Positions 11,185 to 25,320 of a DNA stretch of 64,000 nucleotides are shown one piece after another (within the stretch, counting starts at the first letter, position 1; each line of letters opens with the position of its first letter). Origin of the DNA: Callorhinchus milii. Lineage: Eukaryota. Where the stretch lies: contig NW_024704742.1 in assembly GCF_018977255.1 (NCBI RefSeq), positions 11,410,001 to 11,474,000 of the forward strand. The letters run 5' to 3'. Both the position numbers and the translations under genes were made by a program. The notes under the pieces were generated by a model. It did no database searches and was not told the DNA's origin. It was given only the letters and a program-made list of their open reading frames with translations.

Positions 11185-11550
11185 AATTTTCAAATCCCTT
11201 CATGCCCTCACACCTCCCTACCTATCCAATTTGCTTACACCCCCCACTTTCCCACCCGCTGCCTGCACTCAGCTTGCTCCAGCCTCCTAATTGTTCCCCA
11301 TCCCCTTCGCTCCACCATCGGTGGCTGTGCCTTCAGCCACTATGCCCCAAGACTCTGGAACTCAATCCCTCCACCTACACTCCTCCTTCCCCACTTTTAA
11401 ATCCCCCTAAAGCCCTTTATTTTTAATCGTGCTTATCGTCACCTGTCCCCTCCCTCTCCCCCTGGCTCAAGGTCTGACTCCGCCACTGTCAAGTGCTCCA
11501 GGATGCTACCCCATGTCAAAGGCGCCATATAAATTGTTGTGGTTGTTGTT
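11185..11550 (+). mobile_element. L2 LINE 3' fragment
   Basis: ccaccatcggtggctgtgccttcagccactatgcccc..ctctggaactc and a (GTT)n tail. Confidence 0.8.
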
Positions 11551-12229
11551 GAAAAGAGGGCTTGACTGTTCAGATGTACATCTGGTGATCATGAGTCCTT
11601 GTCATTTTTTTTCTGTTAATATGAATGGGATATTTTGAGCAGATCTCGCATGATTGACTGTGTGCCGGAGAGTCAATTCTATGACGTCACTTGCAGATGT
11701 ACAGAATGTGGTCACAGTGACTTGCATTATTCTGTACTATCGGGCGGGTCTGGTAAAATCAGTAGCAGTCTAAACCTGCAACCTTAGCCTCATGGCTGCA
11801 CTATGGGATGACCTTTACCCATGAATTCGTTAGGATTTCAGTTCTATTGATGCGAGGGTAAGGGATTCAGTATGTGAGTCTAAATAGTGAATGTTGGAAC
11901 AGGATTTCGGCACAGAAGTATCACAGCTGAATCTATTTGTTTCCACACCTCATGTTCAAACACAACATGCTCTCCCCTCTACCATTATCACCTACAATAC
12001 CACTCTTATTTCACTTCTTAAAACAAAACGTTGATGAAAATAACGATAAACTGGTGTTTGCTGGAGTCTGTTGCAGGTGTGCAATACTTGAAGGGGAAGG
12101 AGAGTGGTAAACCTTCTTTTCATGGCAAGTTTTCCACTCATCACCTCCGGAACTCCCTGCCTCTTCCTTACCCCTTCTTGATAAATTTACATAGGGATGC
12201 TCCAGTCCTTTGCAATTCAAGTTAATAAT

Positions 12230-12540
12230 CAATAAATAATAATCCTTGCATTTGATATAGCACTTTTCATGTCTTTGAGATGTTTCAAAGTGCTTCACAG
12301 AATATACTGTAAAGTGATTTGACTGTATATTTGTGGGCGAAACGCGGCAGCCAATTGCACACAGCAGTGTCCCACAAACAGTCGTGGATTGAAGTGACCA
12401 ATTTATTGTTGTTTTTTTTCTTATTATTATCAGGCATGTGGAGTAAGGAAACTCGTCCAAGTTTTCGCCCTGCCAGGAATCAAACCCAGATCTTTCACTT
12501 GTGAGGCGAGTGCTCTAAACACTGAGCTAGAGGACACCAC
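12230..12540 (-). mobile_element. Family A SINE
   Basis: Complete head (reverse complement of ctctaaacactgagctagaggac), core and tail. Confidence 0.9.
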
Positions 12541-12695
12541 ATTCCTGAGTAAACTAAGATTAATCATGCCTTGGTAAAGTAGTCAACCTAAACTTCCCAT
12601 TCACATGTTAATAAACTGTAAACTTTATCCATGTGAATGCACAGTTTAGGTTGACTACTTAACAAGGCATGATTAACCTGAGTTTACCCAGGGAT
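12541..12695. repeat. Long imperfect inverted repeat (hairpin; possible MITE remnant)
   Basis: Left arm cctgagtaaactaagattaatcatgccttggtaaagtagtcaacctaaact..cattcacatg pairs with right arm catgtgaatg..agtttaggttgactacttaacaaggcatgattaacctgagtttacccagg. Confidence 0.9.
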
Positions 12696-15600
12696 TCAGT
12701 AGAAGCAGATGGCCCAAATTAATTATTTTTTTGACTGCAAGGGGGCATGATCTTGGGAGAGATTGGATTTCAGAATGGACTGGCCAGTTGGCCTGTAATG
12801 ATATTTTGCTTCCATTCCTTTATGGCTATATCTCTTATCTTATTGGCTTGTATCATTTGACGTCTTCTCATTTCATAGTGAAAATCAGTTAAGTTCTGAG
12901 AGACTTTCTCTAGAAGTATAGGAATCATCCTGACCAATTAAAATATTATTATCGTGTTGAACTCAGTCTAGACTGACACTCCAGTGCAGTATTGGGGGAG
13001 TACTACTTTGTTCAAGATACCGTCCTTTGGATGAGACATTAAATCACGGTCCTTTTCAGGAATTGTAAAGGAAAAGCTCTCAATAGGGCTTATCAATGAG
13101 TAACGTTAAAATAGTCTATTTGACTTTGAAAAATGCCCTTGAGATAAATTACATTGACTTTGTTGAGATTCCAATCGACTGGTACGTTCATTCAGCCCAA
13201 ATTCTTTCCATCTTCGCTTATGAATACCGACAAACTGTGTACAGTTTCCCATGCTAATGCTCATTTCCTTACATTTGCCCAGATTAAAATTCATCGGTCA
13301 TCCTTGCTCAGTTGCTTCATATGTTCAGTTTTCTTTTCATGGCAATCAATCTCAATCCATTACACGATTTGCCTGCCATATAGTTTTTGTATAATGTTAG
13401 CAAATTTTCTTTGTTGTCTATAATTTAAAGAAATAGGAAGATGTCAATCAGCCCTCAAACTTGATCTGCCAGTTTATTAGATAGATCACAGCAGATCTTT
13501 TAGTTTAATTGCCCTGCCTTTTCTCCACATTCTTTAATAACTTTACTTCAACGTGTAATTTATGATAAGTATTGTTAACTGAGGAATTATGGGGAAACAT
13601 TGGAAAGTTTCCAATGATTTTACGCTGGCATTATTACTGCAATTTGTGAGATTTAGTGTAAACTGCTTCACCGAACATGTTGTAATTCACTGAATGGTCA
13701 TTTTCAGCGAATTACTCCTCCTCATTCCCCCTACAACCCTTCTCCCCCGCCCCCCCACCTGCATCCCAAACTTCCATTTGCAAACTATAATCAAAGACTA
13801 TTTATTACTATTCTAAAAGTAGGAGAAGGCACTCCCAAGATGTTTTCCTATGTGAAGGGTGCTATGTAGATGCAAGTTGTTGTTTATATCAGTGCATTTG
13901 TCTAAATCAAAACAGACTTTCAACCTCACACAATTCAACGATGAGGTTCCATTTAGAGTTTTCCTTGTACAGTCTGGCCATCTACCTTTGCTTCAACATG
14001 ACACTCATACCTCCTACCTCTATCCCCCCCCCACTCCCCCCAACCCTTCCTGATCCCAACCAGCAGCTCGGGTGCGGATCCCTGACATCCAGCGCCTTGG
14101 AACCTTCTCCTGATGTGAAAGGCGCTATACAGATGTACTTTGTTGTTGTTTGCAAAGGATGATTCCTGGGTTTATGATTCCAGGTGCAGCTACTAATATT
14201 ATTTACATGGATTGGTGTTTATACAATGCCCTTCACGCAGGGTTTCTTTAATCTGAGATTACCTAAAAAATCCAGATTGCTATCTTGATGGCCTAGTGGG
14301 TAAAAGCAGCAATCCTTGATTCAATGTCCAATTGACTGAACTGGCAATCATGACTATAAGCAAATATCTTTGCATTATTAAAGCTGGCAAGATACCTGAG
14401 GTCTAAATTTTTGGCCAGAATTACAATTCATGATGTTGGTCTGTGATGCAATTTCCCATTATAATTGTCAAAGTCAGTAAGTAAAATGCCATCCAGAATT
14501 CACCCTCTGAGGTCTCATATGAAACCCATTTCAAAACTCATCCACCACCTCCCTCCCCAAAAGGAACTACATTCACTTTCTGTCCCAAATGCACTGTCTG
14601 GAAGGTGTTAAAACAAAATTCGGCACCAGGTGGAAATATGTTGCAATAAACTTGTCCTAAAATTCCTGAAGCATGAACAGTCGGTCAATGCTGAACAGAG
14701 AAATTAATTACTATGTGAGAACATTATCTATGAAGCCTTTGCGTGACTGTGTTGGCCCTTTGACTGCCCTTTCGCTCATCTTTTCCTTCTCCGTCCTCTT
14801 CAACTTTCACCCCAACTCCCAAAACAAAAGGCACTATACATTGCATTGTACTGGCCATTGCCTCAAGTTTCATTGCAAGTGAGGGGAGTTTTAAAACTAT
14901 ACATAGCATGGGACAAATTCCTACTTGCCATCAGTTATAAAGTAATAGGTATTCAGTGAGCAGTTCCATTGTTGCCATTCAATTGAGGGGTTCTAATGTT
15001 GACGTAACATGTCCACTGAATCCTAATGGGGTCGGAACCTTTAATTCGCTCTCTACAATATGTTGATTTTCTGCACTGTGTTTGCAAAAAAAATCTTGAT
15101 TTTGGTATAGATGAAAAGGAAATGCCTGCCATTCTATGGTCTTATAACTTCGGCTTGCAGGAGTCTCCAGCAGTGTTTATTGAACATCAGAATGTTTTGC
15201 ACGTTATGAATTGACTGATTTTAAATAGGTGGTGGAGGGGGCGGGTAAAATCAATATGCTTTTCTGTTGTAGATTACAAGGTAAATTTAGATGCATGATA
15301 CATAGTAGACAAAACTGTCTCAGCTATGAAATAGCTCAGCTATTTCAAACAATGTGGAATTCTAAAATGCAGACTTCATTATCTTTATTATTTTCATCCC
15401 TCTTCTCTTGTTGACTTGTGCTCAGGTAATGGTTCCATTGGCTCCATCTACCCTCCAGCACCTTGGCAAAACATTCAGTATGAGGGCTCATGCTCAGTCA
15501 GGCATTCAACCCATGAACAAGTCCAAGCAAATGTGCATGTATTTAACAGGAAAAATTAAATTGAGCAGACGCCTTATCAGATCCATTTGATCCAGCACAA

Positions 15601-16604
15601 CCACCACTCCCACCCTTTCTTTAGCAGGGACGTAGAGGACAATCATAGACTGCTTCTCTGGCTGAGGTCCATTAAATCAATATAGATCAGGGATTGATAG
15701 CAAAGAGAGCTGCTCAATGCCCTAGATTTCCTCTCTCTCTGGCCGCAGTGCAGGTTCCCCTACAGAGACACTTCAGGATGCCCGTGCAGGGACATTGTCA
15801 ATAATTGAAATGTTTCCTTGTAAACCGTTGTCGGGAAAGCTGTCACTTTGTAGTTTGGAATATCTCTTAAAGCTGTTGAAACTGAATCACAATTTTTTCC
15901 GAGAACTAGCTGTTTTATTGAGTGCTCTTCACTGAAATGGAACCGAGCTATGTGAGAAATACAACCGGCAGTAATTGTCTGTAAACAGCAAATATTGCAG
16001 ATTTTGGTGGAGCAGATCAGAACATATTGCAATGCTCTTCAGCAAATACTCTGTGATTACAAGGGACCTTATGGTGGGCATTACACTGACTAGCTCTTGT
16101 GGATTCTTACTGAAAGCCAATTAGATTTATGAGCGTGCTAAAAACATCCATCTGCAACATAATAAAACTTGCTGTTGTAATTTGTGCTTTCTGTAACACG
16201 TATCAACCAATTAGTATTCACTGATCCATGCATCATATTGTAAACTGTTTAGTAAACTGTGTACAATATGTCTCTCTTTCGAGATTAACTATTGTTTCTG
16301 AACTGTAATGGGAATAATGCCATGTTACTTTTTGTAGTCTAAAATTAGACAATCCCCCAAAGGCTTAGTGAGTAAAGACAATGGTCCATGCAGCACAATG
16401 TCATATAGACTAGAAAGTTGCAGATTCAAATCCTGGCCTGTGCTGAATTTTTCTCAGTATTCATGTTGAGTTTGGGGAAAATTAATTCAGCTTTGTGCTG
16501 CTGATCAGCATTCAGCAACCTTTGCTGGAGGTAAGATGGACATTGGATTAGGCTAGTTTGCACTGGCCTCACAGACTAAATGCACTCGATATTGAAGGAA
16601 TTCC

Positions 16605-16800
16605 TTTTTTAAAAAAAATAATGATAAATTGGTCACTCAATCCACGACTGTTTATGGGACACTGCTGTGCACAATTGGCTACCACGTTTCACCCACAAAA
16701 TATACAGTTAATTCACTTCACAGTATATTCTGTGAAGCACTTTGAGAAGTCTCGAAGACGCGATAAGGCGCTATATCAAATGCAAGGATTATTATTATTT
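16605..16800 (+). mobile_element. 3' half of family A SINE
   Basis: Core aatccacgactgttt..gggacactgctgtgcacaattggct and tail. Confidence 0.85.
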
Positions 16801-16954
16801 ATTGATACGACTCTCTTTTGACTGGATCTAATGTTCTCTGTGGGAGATGAGTGCAGTGCCCTCTGTTGGAAGGAAGGTGTGCATGCACAATTATATCTGC
16901 TTGTTGATTTATGATCCAGCTGGCAACTTTATGATCCAGCTGGCAACAATGTCA

Positions 16955-17325
16955 ACTTGGTTCAGTTGGTAGCACTCTCACCTCTGGTCAAAAGATTGTG
17001 GGTTCAAGTCCAATGTTGTGACTTGAGATGACAATTTAGGTTGACACACAAATGCAGTGCTGGGGGGAGCGTTATAATGTCAGAGGTGCTGTACGCAGAA
17101 CAAGACATTAAACCTGCGACCTGACTGCCTCTTGAGGTAGATGTTAGAGATCCCACTATTTGAAAAGAGAAGGAAGTTTCTCCTGGTGTCCTGGCCAACA
17201 ATCCTCCTGATAAATTGACCATTCACTAAATGGCTGTTTGTCGAATGTTGCTGTGCTCAAATTGACTGCTTTGTTTGCCTCAAATACACTCGATAGTAGA
17301 CAAAGCACTTTGTAAGATGCTACAT
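16955..17325 (+). mobile_element. Old Deu-type (SacSINE1-like) SINE
   Basis: A-box-like ggttcagttggtagcactctc, B-box gggttcaagtcc and Deu-like core; homologous to 34035-34275 and 55375-55710. Confidence 0.75.
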
Positions 17326-18850
17326 AAGAACATAAAAAACACTTGACAAAAAAAGACCAAGATCCATCTAGTTTGCCTTCCCGATGGTCGTACGCACATA
17401 TGTCCCAGACTACCTTTGTACTATATCCCATTATGTTATTTCCTAAAGGAAAACCATCTAATCTGTGTTTGGCAGAATCAACACTTACTGCTTCAACAGT
17501 CTCCCTCAGGAGCCTGTTCTACAGGTTCACTATTCGCTCACTGAAATAGTGTTTTTGTAGATTTGTTCTGAATTTACCCCCTTCAATCTCAGGCTGTGTC
17601 TTCTGGTTTAACTATTCTGGACAAGATGAAACAGCCTGTCATGATCTATATTGTCTTGCCCCTTTATAATCTTAAAGACAGCAATCATGTCGCCTCTCAA
17701 TCTTCTCTTTTCCAGCGTGAACATGCCCAATTTACTTAGTCACTCCTCATAGTCCAGTCCTTCCATTCCCTCAATCATTTGGTTGCCCTCCTCTGTATCT
17801 TCTCGATTTCTCCAATATCCTTTATGTACTGCGGTGACCAGAACTGTACACAGTACTCTACATAAGGTCTCACCAATGATTTATACAGTGGCAGGATTAC
17901 CCCACTATTTCGACTTGCTATTGATACTTTTTTGATACATCCCAACATCTGGTTTGCTTTACTCACTGCCACAGAGTATTGTTGAGAGAGCTTCAATTTA
18001 TTGTCAATCAGGACTCCCAGTTCCTTTTCCATACATATTATTTTCCTTCCGTTCAAATAATAGTCCCTTCCAGGATTTTTTGTCCCCTTGTGAATTATTT
18101 TACATTTCTCCACATTGAATTTCATCTGCCATCAATCTTCCCAATTTCCAAGTATGCTAAAATCCTCCTGTAACCTATTTCGTTCAGCTTTGCAACCTAC
18201 TACCTTCATTAGCTTGGTGTCAACTGCAAACTTAGCCACAGTGCTTATGACTCCAAGTTCCAGATTATTTATAAAAATATTGAACAAGTGAGGTCCCAAA
18301 GCAGACCCTTGTGGAACTCCACTGGTAACATTGATGACATTCCATGTACCACCACCCTCTGGATTCTTCTGGTCAATCAGTTGCGTATCCCTTATCACAC
18401 CGTCAAAGAAAACCAGTAAATTAGATTGGCAAGACCTTCCCTCCATAAACCCATATAATTTATGATTTTATTTCTGTCCAGATGCTCCATGATTTTATCC
18501 TTAATAAGTCTCCATAAGTTTAACCATAATGGACGTCAAACTTGCTGGTCTGTGGTTTCCTGGGTCACTTTTGTTACCTTTCTTAAAAATAGGAGTTACA
18601 TCTGCCTTTCTGCAGTCCCCCGGGACTTCTCCAGTATTCAGTAATGTTTGATAGACTTGTGCCAGAGTTTCTCCCTTAGATCCTTATGGATCCTCGGATA
18701 CAATTTATCCAGTCTTAGGTTTGCACAGTTGTTTGGCAGTGATATGAATCGTGTTGCAACTTTTCTCTGCGACATCCTTGAGTTCTCTTTCCAGATCAGA
18801 TAGGTTACCCGTCTCCTTGGTAAAGACTGATACAAAAAAATATTTTGCAT
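17325..18850 (-). mobile_element. CR1 LINE 3' portion (pseudogenised)
   Basis: Peptides SGVPQGSALGPHLFNIFINNL, KFAVDTKL, MKFNVEKCK and LYKSLVRPYVEYCVQFWSP; tail acataagaacataa at about 17322. Confidence 0.92.
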
Positions 18851-21584
18851 TATTGCTATATCCACTATGCACTATATCCAATTGTTGGATATATCCATTA
18901 TTATTTACCTATGTACAAAATGCCAAGTTCAGTGAGATACTGATGGAGTTGTATCTTAACATGAGAGTCATGAAATTCAGCAAAAGGGAGATGAGAGAAG
19001 AATCCTTTTTTTATGGTGGGGGGAGGAGGGGAAGAATAATTGCTATTTTGGAGAAGGAAGTTCATCGACAAACAAGAATATTCATAAGTGACAGCGCAAA
19101 TGACATCCTCATATCTTTAACAGAAGAACACAACATTCCCGCTGATGATACAAGAGTAGTGATGGCCCTTTGCTAAATTTCTGTGTGTGCTGTGCCATTC
19201 AGAAAATAAGGCATGAATTGACACTCAATTCTATTTTTCAAGCACTAGCCAGATAATAATAATAATAATAATAATAATTATGGTTTTATTGTGTGTGCTT
19301 TTAAACAGTATATGTTGGATTGTAAAACGTAAAAGATTTTACAAAATGAAAGCACACTTAGAATATAAACCATATTGGAAATCATACTGCTGGAAAGGAT
19401 TAAAAAGTGACTGACGATGACTCGAATCCTGCCCAGTTAAATCTGAGCAAAGTGACAAGAGTTAGAGAGTCTGGGGAACAAGGTCATTAGTAAATCATTT
19501 TTTTTAGAGTGCCAAACTTAAATTATCAAGTTGGTATTGGCATCAAACTTCAAGTGAATCTCCTGTTACCCTATTACTGTCAAAAAATTAAGATGGATGG
19601 GAGTGATATAAACATAAGCTGAGTACGCTCACACTTCCACTTCATTGCAGTGGAGTTGTAAAGGTTTGCTGAGGGGCAGCTGCAAATTATTGATCGCCAA
19701 ATTTTATTGTCAACAAGTTTTGTGCTATTGCCCAGTGTTTTTTTGTAAGCTGTTTCACACTGAAAAAACAGAAGCCTCCTTTGACAAAAAAAATTGTGAG
19801 CATTAATGAATTATGATTGAACGATGATTTGGATGAATTTGATCTTAAAGTCTGTCATTGCAAAGAAAGATTGGCAAAGCCAAAAGCAACTTCTGAGGGA
19901 ACTGAACTTATGTGCATGTAATTATTATTATTATTATTGTTATTATGTGTGAAGCACAAGTGTTCTTTGTTTTGCTCCAAGCTGCAGAAATGTTGTGGGC
20001 CTCAAGAAATGAGCTTGTGTGAGCTTGTGTGAATGAAGAGGATGCTTCTTTAGTTAACTGAATCATTAATCATCTTTTGGTGTTAGCCATCTGACAGATC
20101 TGTGCCTCAGGAATAGATGCTCTCCATCGCAGCTTCAAAGGTAGTCTGAAATGAAGAAAGTCCATTCAGACCGTCAAATCTGCTTTTCGCATCATATGCA
20201 TACAAGTTCTTTCATTTCCCAGCTGGAAAATGCACCATCTTTCAAATGAGGTATTAACCTTGATTCCTTCTGCCTTTTCAAATGCACATTAAATATTCTG
20301 TGTCTTTGTTTGATAAAAGATGGGTTTCTATTACGACACAACTGACAATCCCACAGATAAATTGGTTATTCATTCCTTGGATGATTGAGGAATCTTCCTC
20401 GCACAAATGGCTGCTGTTGGTCAATAAAAACAATTATTGTAATTGTGGTTCTTGAGGCCAGAAATGTGATGCAAAAATGAAGACATTGCTGCATATCCAG
20501 CATTCGTCACTTTTACAATGTCATAATAACAATAATAGATATAGTATGTGGATGTTCATATATATACTAATAATAGACCATTCGATATCTGCATATTTAG
20601 GGACCTATTGTGGATGTAATAATAGTGTGTGGTTGTCTGCCTCTCTTTTCTTGTGTATGTGTGTATGTGTCTGTTTGTCTGTCTCAGTCTCGCTCTCCTC
20701 TTTCTCTTGGTCTTTCTCAGTCTGTATTTACCTAGATCAGATATCTCCACCTTGCACTGGTGAAGCATCACAAAGCTGGGCATTGCACATGCATAACTAT
20801 AATTGTTGGGGCATTTGGTATTTACCTTTCTCCTGCACATTGCTTCACAGGATCTTCCAAATTTGGCCCAGGGAAAACCATCTACTTGTCTTTATGAATT
20901 GCCTCTACAAGTAATAAATAATAATAATAATAATCCTTGCATTTGATATAGCGCTTTATTATGTCGTTGAGATGTCTCAAAACATTTCACAGAATATACT
21001 GAAAGTGTTTGCAACTGTATATTTTGTGAGCAAAATGCAGTAGCCGTACAGCAGTGTCTCACAGGTTTTCCTCTGGAGACTAACTTGTAATGTAAATACA
21101 CCGTTAGTTAGCGACATCTCCCTTTTACTATTTGCAAGTTTTAAGGATTGAATCAATGCAGAATCAGCTGCTTTTGTTGGCGACTTACACAGCTTCAGCC
21201 CCACTCTGTATACTTGCTTTTCACACCTACTGAAAAGCACTTCCCCACATCCTGTACCTCAGGGGCACTGTAAAAACATTTTTAACTACCTGTTTTTACA
21301 CTACCCTACATTCAGGAAATTAAAAATCCAAGTTACAGATGGACACAGCTGCCAAATGACATTTGGACATGGTGGTTAATTGAACAGAAAAGCAGAAAAA
21401 ATAGAAGTGAGGTCAATGGAGAGAGAACAATTAGTAACTAAAGATCATGAATTGAAAGTCATCACCAGAAGAAAACAAAGAGGGCTTCAGAAGGTTTTAA
21501 AATCATATAAAATTTTGCAGCACAGCAGTAGGCCATTCCGTTCGGCCCATTGTGCATTGAAAGAGCAACCAACAAGTCCCACTT

Positions 21585-22620
21585 AGAATCATAGAATCAT
21601 ACAGCACAGAAAGACGCCATTCGGCCCATTGTGTCTGCACCAGCTCCGAAAAGAGCAATCAACTCAATCCCACTGGCCCGCTTTCTCTCCATAGCCCTGC
21701 AATCCTGTCCTCCCCAAATAACCATCTACTTCTCTCTTAAAAGTTGTTATTGAATCGGCTTCCACTACCCTTTCAGGTAATGCATTCCAGATCCCAACAA
21801 CTCGCTGGTGAAAATAAATTTCCCAACCTCCCCTCTGTTTCTTTTAACAACTAACTTAAATCGATGTCCTTGGGTTACTGACCCACATGCCAGTGGAAAC
21901 AGTTTTTCCCGGTTCAACCTATCAAATCCTCTCATGATCCTGAAAACCTCTATTGAATCCCCTCTTAATCTTCTCTGCTGTAGGGAGAATAATCCTAGTT
22001 TCGCCAACCTCTCCTCATAACTGTCCTTCATTCCTGGTACCATCCTGGTAAACCTTCTTTGCACCCTCTCCAATGCCCTAACATCTTTCCTAAAGTGCGG
22101 TGCCCTGAACTGAACGCAGTACTCCAACTGAGGCCTAACCAGCATTTTATAAATATTCATCATAACCTCCTGACTTGTATTCTATGCCCCTATTTATAAA
22201 AGCTAGTATCCCGTATGCTTTTTTAACAGCTTTATCTACCTGTCCTGCCACCTTCAGAGATTTGCTTATGTGGCCCCCAGATCTCTCTGTTCATTTGTCC
22301 CCTTTAAGATTGTACCATCAGCTTATACTGCCTCTCCTCATTCTTCCTACCAAAATGCAACACTTCACACTTCTCCACATTAAATCTTATCTGACACGTT
22401 TCTGCCCATTTTACCAATCTGTCTAAGTCCTCTTGGAGTCTGGTGTTATCCTCCTCACCATGAACTACTTTTCCTAGCTTAGTATCGTCCGCAAATTTGG
22501 AAATTGTGCTCCCTATATCCAGGTCATTAATATAGATCAGAAAGAGCAGTGGTCCCAATACCAACCCCTGAGGGACACCATTACACACCTCCCTCCAGTC
22601 AGAAAAGCAACCGTTTACTA
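21585..22620 (-). mobile_element. Younger CR1 LINE nested in an older CR1
   Basis: (agaatcat)n octamer tail; peptides GVPQGLVLGPLLFLIYINDL, KFADDTKL and LVRPQLEYCVQF; CCACTT at 21579-21584 and 22621-22626. Confidence 0.92.
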
Positions 22621-23995
22621 CCACTTCCCCGCTCTTACCCCAGAGCCCTGCAATGTTTTCCTTTTTAAACGTACCTATCTAATTCCCTTTTGAAAGCTAT
22701 TATCAAATCTGCTTCCATCAGGCAATGCATTTCAGATTGTAACAACTCTCTGGGTAAAAAGAAATTCTCTGCGTCTCCCCTCTGGTTCTTTTGCCAATTA
22801 TCTTACATCTGTTTCCTCTGGTTACTGACCACCCATTAGAGGAAATGGTTTCTCCCTATCTATCAAAACCCCTCATCATTTTGAATACCTCTATTAAATC
22901 TACCCTTAATCTTCTCTTCTCTAAGGAGAAAAATCCCAGCCTCTCTAGTCTTTCCACGTAATTATAGTCCCACATAGTCTGGTATCATTTTTGTAAGTCT
23001 TCCCTGTACCCTCTCCAAGGCCCTGACTTCCTTCCTAAAGGGTAGTGTCCAGAATTAGACACAATATTCCAGCTAGGGCCCAACCACCGATTTGTAAAAG
23101 GTCATCATAACTTCCTTGCTGTTATACTCTATGCCTCTATTTATGAAGCCAAGGATGCCATAAGCTTTTTAACAGCTTTGTCAATCTGTCCTGCCACCTT
23201 CAAAGATGTGTGGATGTGAACCCCCAGGTCTCTCTGTCCTTTTACCCCCTTTAAAATTGTACCATTTATTGTATATTGCCTCTCCTCATTCCTCCTCCCA
23301 AAATTCATCACTTCACACTTCTCTGCACTAAATTCCACCTGCCATGTGTCTGCCCATTTCACCAACTTGCCTATGTGCTGCAGTCTGCTACCATTCTTCC
23401 CCACTGTTTACTACATTTCCAAGTTTTGTGTCATCTGTGAACTTTACAATTTTGCTCCCTATGCCAAAGTCAAGATCATTAATAAATATTAAAAAGAGCA
23501 GTGGTCCTAATACCAATCCTTGGGGGACACCACTGTATACTTCCCTCCAGTCTATAAAGCAACCGTTCACCATGACCCTCAACTTTCTGACTCTCGGATG
23601 CCAATTTCGGATCCATGCTATTACTGTTCTCTTAATCCTATGGGTTTCAATTTTGCTAACAAGTCTATTACATGGCACTCAAATCAAGTTAGTTAGACAC
23701 AATTTGCCTTTAACAAATTCGTGTTGGCTCTCCTTTATTAGCCCATGTTTTTCCAAGTGAAAATTAATTTTGTCCCGGATTATGATCTCTAGATGTTTAC
23801 CTGCCACCGACATTAGGCTGACTGGTCTGTAGTTACCAAGTTTATCCCTCGTCCCCTTTTTGAACATTTGCAACCTTCCAGTCCTCAAGCACTACTCCCC
23901 TACATAAGGAGGATTGAAAGATTGTGGCCAGAGCCTCCGTTATTTCCACCATTACTCCTGTCAGCTACCTAAGCTGCATCCCATCTGGACCTGAT
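22621..23995 (-). mobile_element. Older CR1 LINE; its extreme 3' end lies at about 21505-21584
   Basis: Peptides NYRPVSLMSVAGK, GVPQGLVLGPLLFLIFINDL and KFTDDTKL. Confidence 0.92.
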
Positions 23996-24139
23996 GATAT
24001 TGTGATCACAGTTATCCAGATGTTTTCCCGCTGACACACTCTCCACTTGCCCCACTTCATTCACTAGAACTAGACCCCCAATTCGGCTGGAAACATACTG
24101 ATCAAGAAAGTTTTCCTACACACATTTCAGGAATTCTCA

Positions 24140-24432
24140 TCACGTCTTTAAGACATCTCAAAACGCTTCAAAACCCAGCAGCCAATTGCGCACAGCAGTA
24201 TCCAACAAACAGCTGTGGACTGAATGACCAAATTATAATTTTTTTTAATTAATTATTTTTTGAAGGGATTCTTATTACTGCGGCTAGTGATCCGCTAATT
24301 GACTAACAACCGGGTACTGCTAGGTGAATAGAGGCGTGTGGAGTAAGGAAACTTGCCTAAGCTTTCGCCCTGCCCAGGAATTGAACCTGGATCCTCTTGC
24401 TTGCAAGGCGAGTACTACCCAACTGAATTACC
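24140..24432 (-). mobile_element. Family A SINE, long form with internal deletion
   Basis: Contains the reverse complement of gcctctattcacctagcagtacccggttgttagtc. Confidence 0.8.
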
Positions 24433-24844
24433 CAGCTGAAAAAGTAGAGGTCTTAAACATTTTCCCCAATTAAATATATAACCCTGACATAATTTTGAGT
24501 TGCAGACATTAAAGATGGGCATCCTTCTCACCAGCTGGAGCTTTTGATAACTGTTGTATAGCATTGTAACAGCACATAGTCACATTGATTTAACAATTCA
24601 CACTTGCTGGCCTCTCACAAACGGGCTTCCTGGGCATATTGTGAAGGTACTTGGTTTTGTTGTTGTGTGGCCAGAGGAGGATTGTCGGAGGATGTGTATA
24701 TGTCTTAGTGAGTTCAATTTGCAGACAACATTTTTTTTCCAACCACTGGCCACTTGCCATTTCTGAAGATGAGCAGAGCAAATGGACGGAATTAGTGTTG
24801 CCGTCATTAATTAAAGATTCCAGGCGCTGAAATCCGGTTTAGAA

Positions 24845-25320
24845 AGCTGCTGTCTTGTGTGAAACTGATCTTGCAGACCTGGAAGGCATACAGGTTCAAT
24901 CTTGGGTCTGTGCTGCGTTAATTGATCTCAGCTGAGGTGACAGTGAAGGTACGACCATTGATCTTGCTGCTGTGGGCCAGGCCGGAGAGAAATTAACCCA
25001 GGTTTCTACTGCTGAATGCTATTCACTGGCCTGTGTTGGAAATGTATGTGTGTGTGTGTGTGAATGTTAGGAGAAGATAACATTGGGCTTACTCGAATCC
25101 TTGCCCACTGTGATTGAATGGAGGGCAAGGTTCTTTCTGATCCGTAGACATTAAGAGCGAAGAGCCTGTGAGAATATATGGAAACAGAAGTTGGTTAGAG
25201 GAATCAGGAGAGAGGAAGCCATTGAAAAACACTGCCATTGCAAGTGGAGAGTTGACGAGATTCATGACAATGCACATTTACAACCAACAATAATTTGCAT
25301 TTATATAGCTGTGTCCTTCG
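24845..25320 (+). mobile_element. Ancient SINE-like element (family B)
   Basis: B-box-like ggttcaatcttgggtctgtgctg. Related degraded copies at about 16360-16580, 41145-41300 and 14285-14530 (+) and 11800-11975 (-). Confidence 0.5.

Noticed and set aside
16908..16947. Perfect 20-bp tandem duplication
   Set aside because: Ordinary slippage duplication; it has no spacers and is not CRISPR-like.
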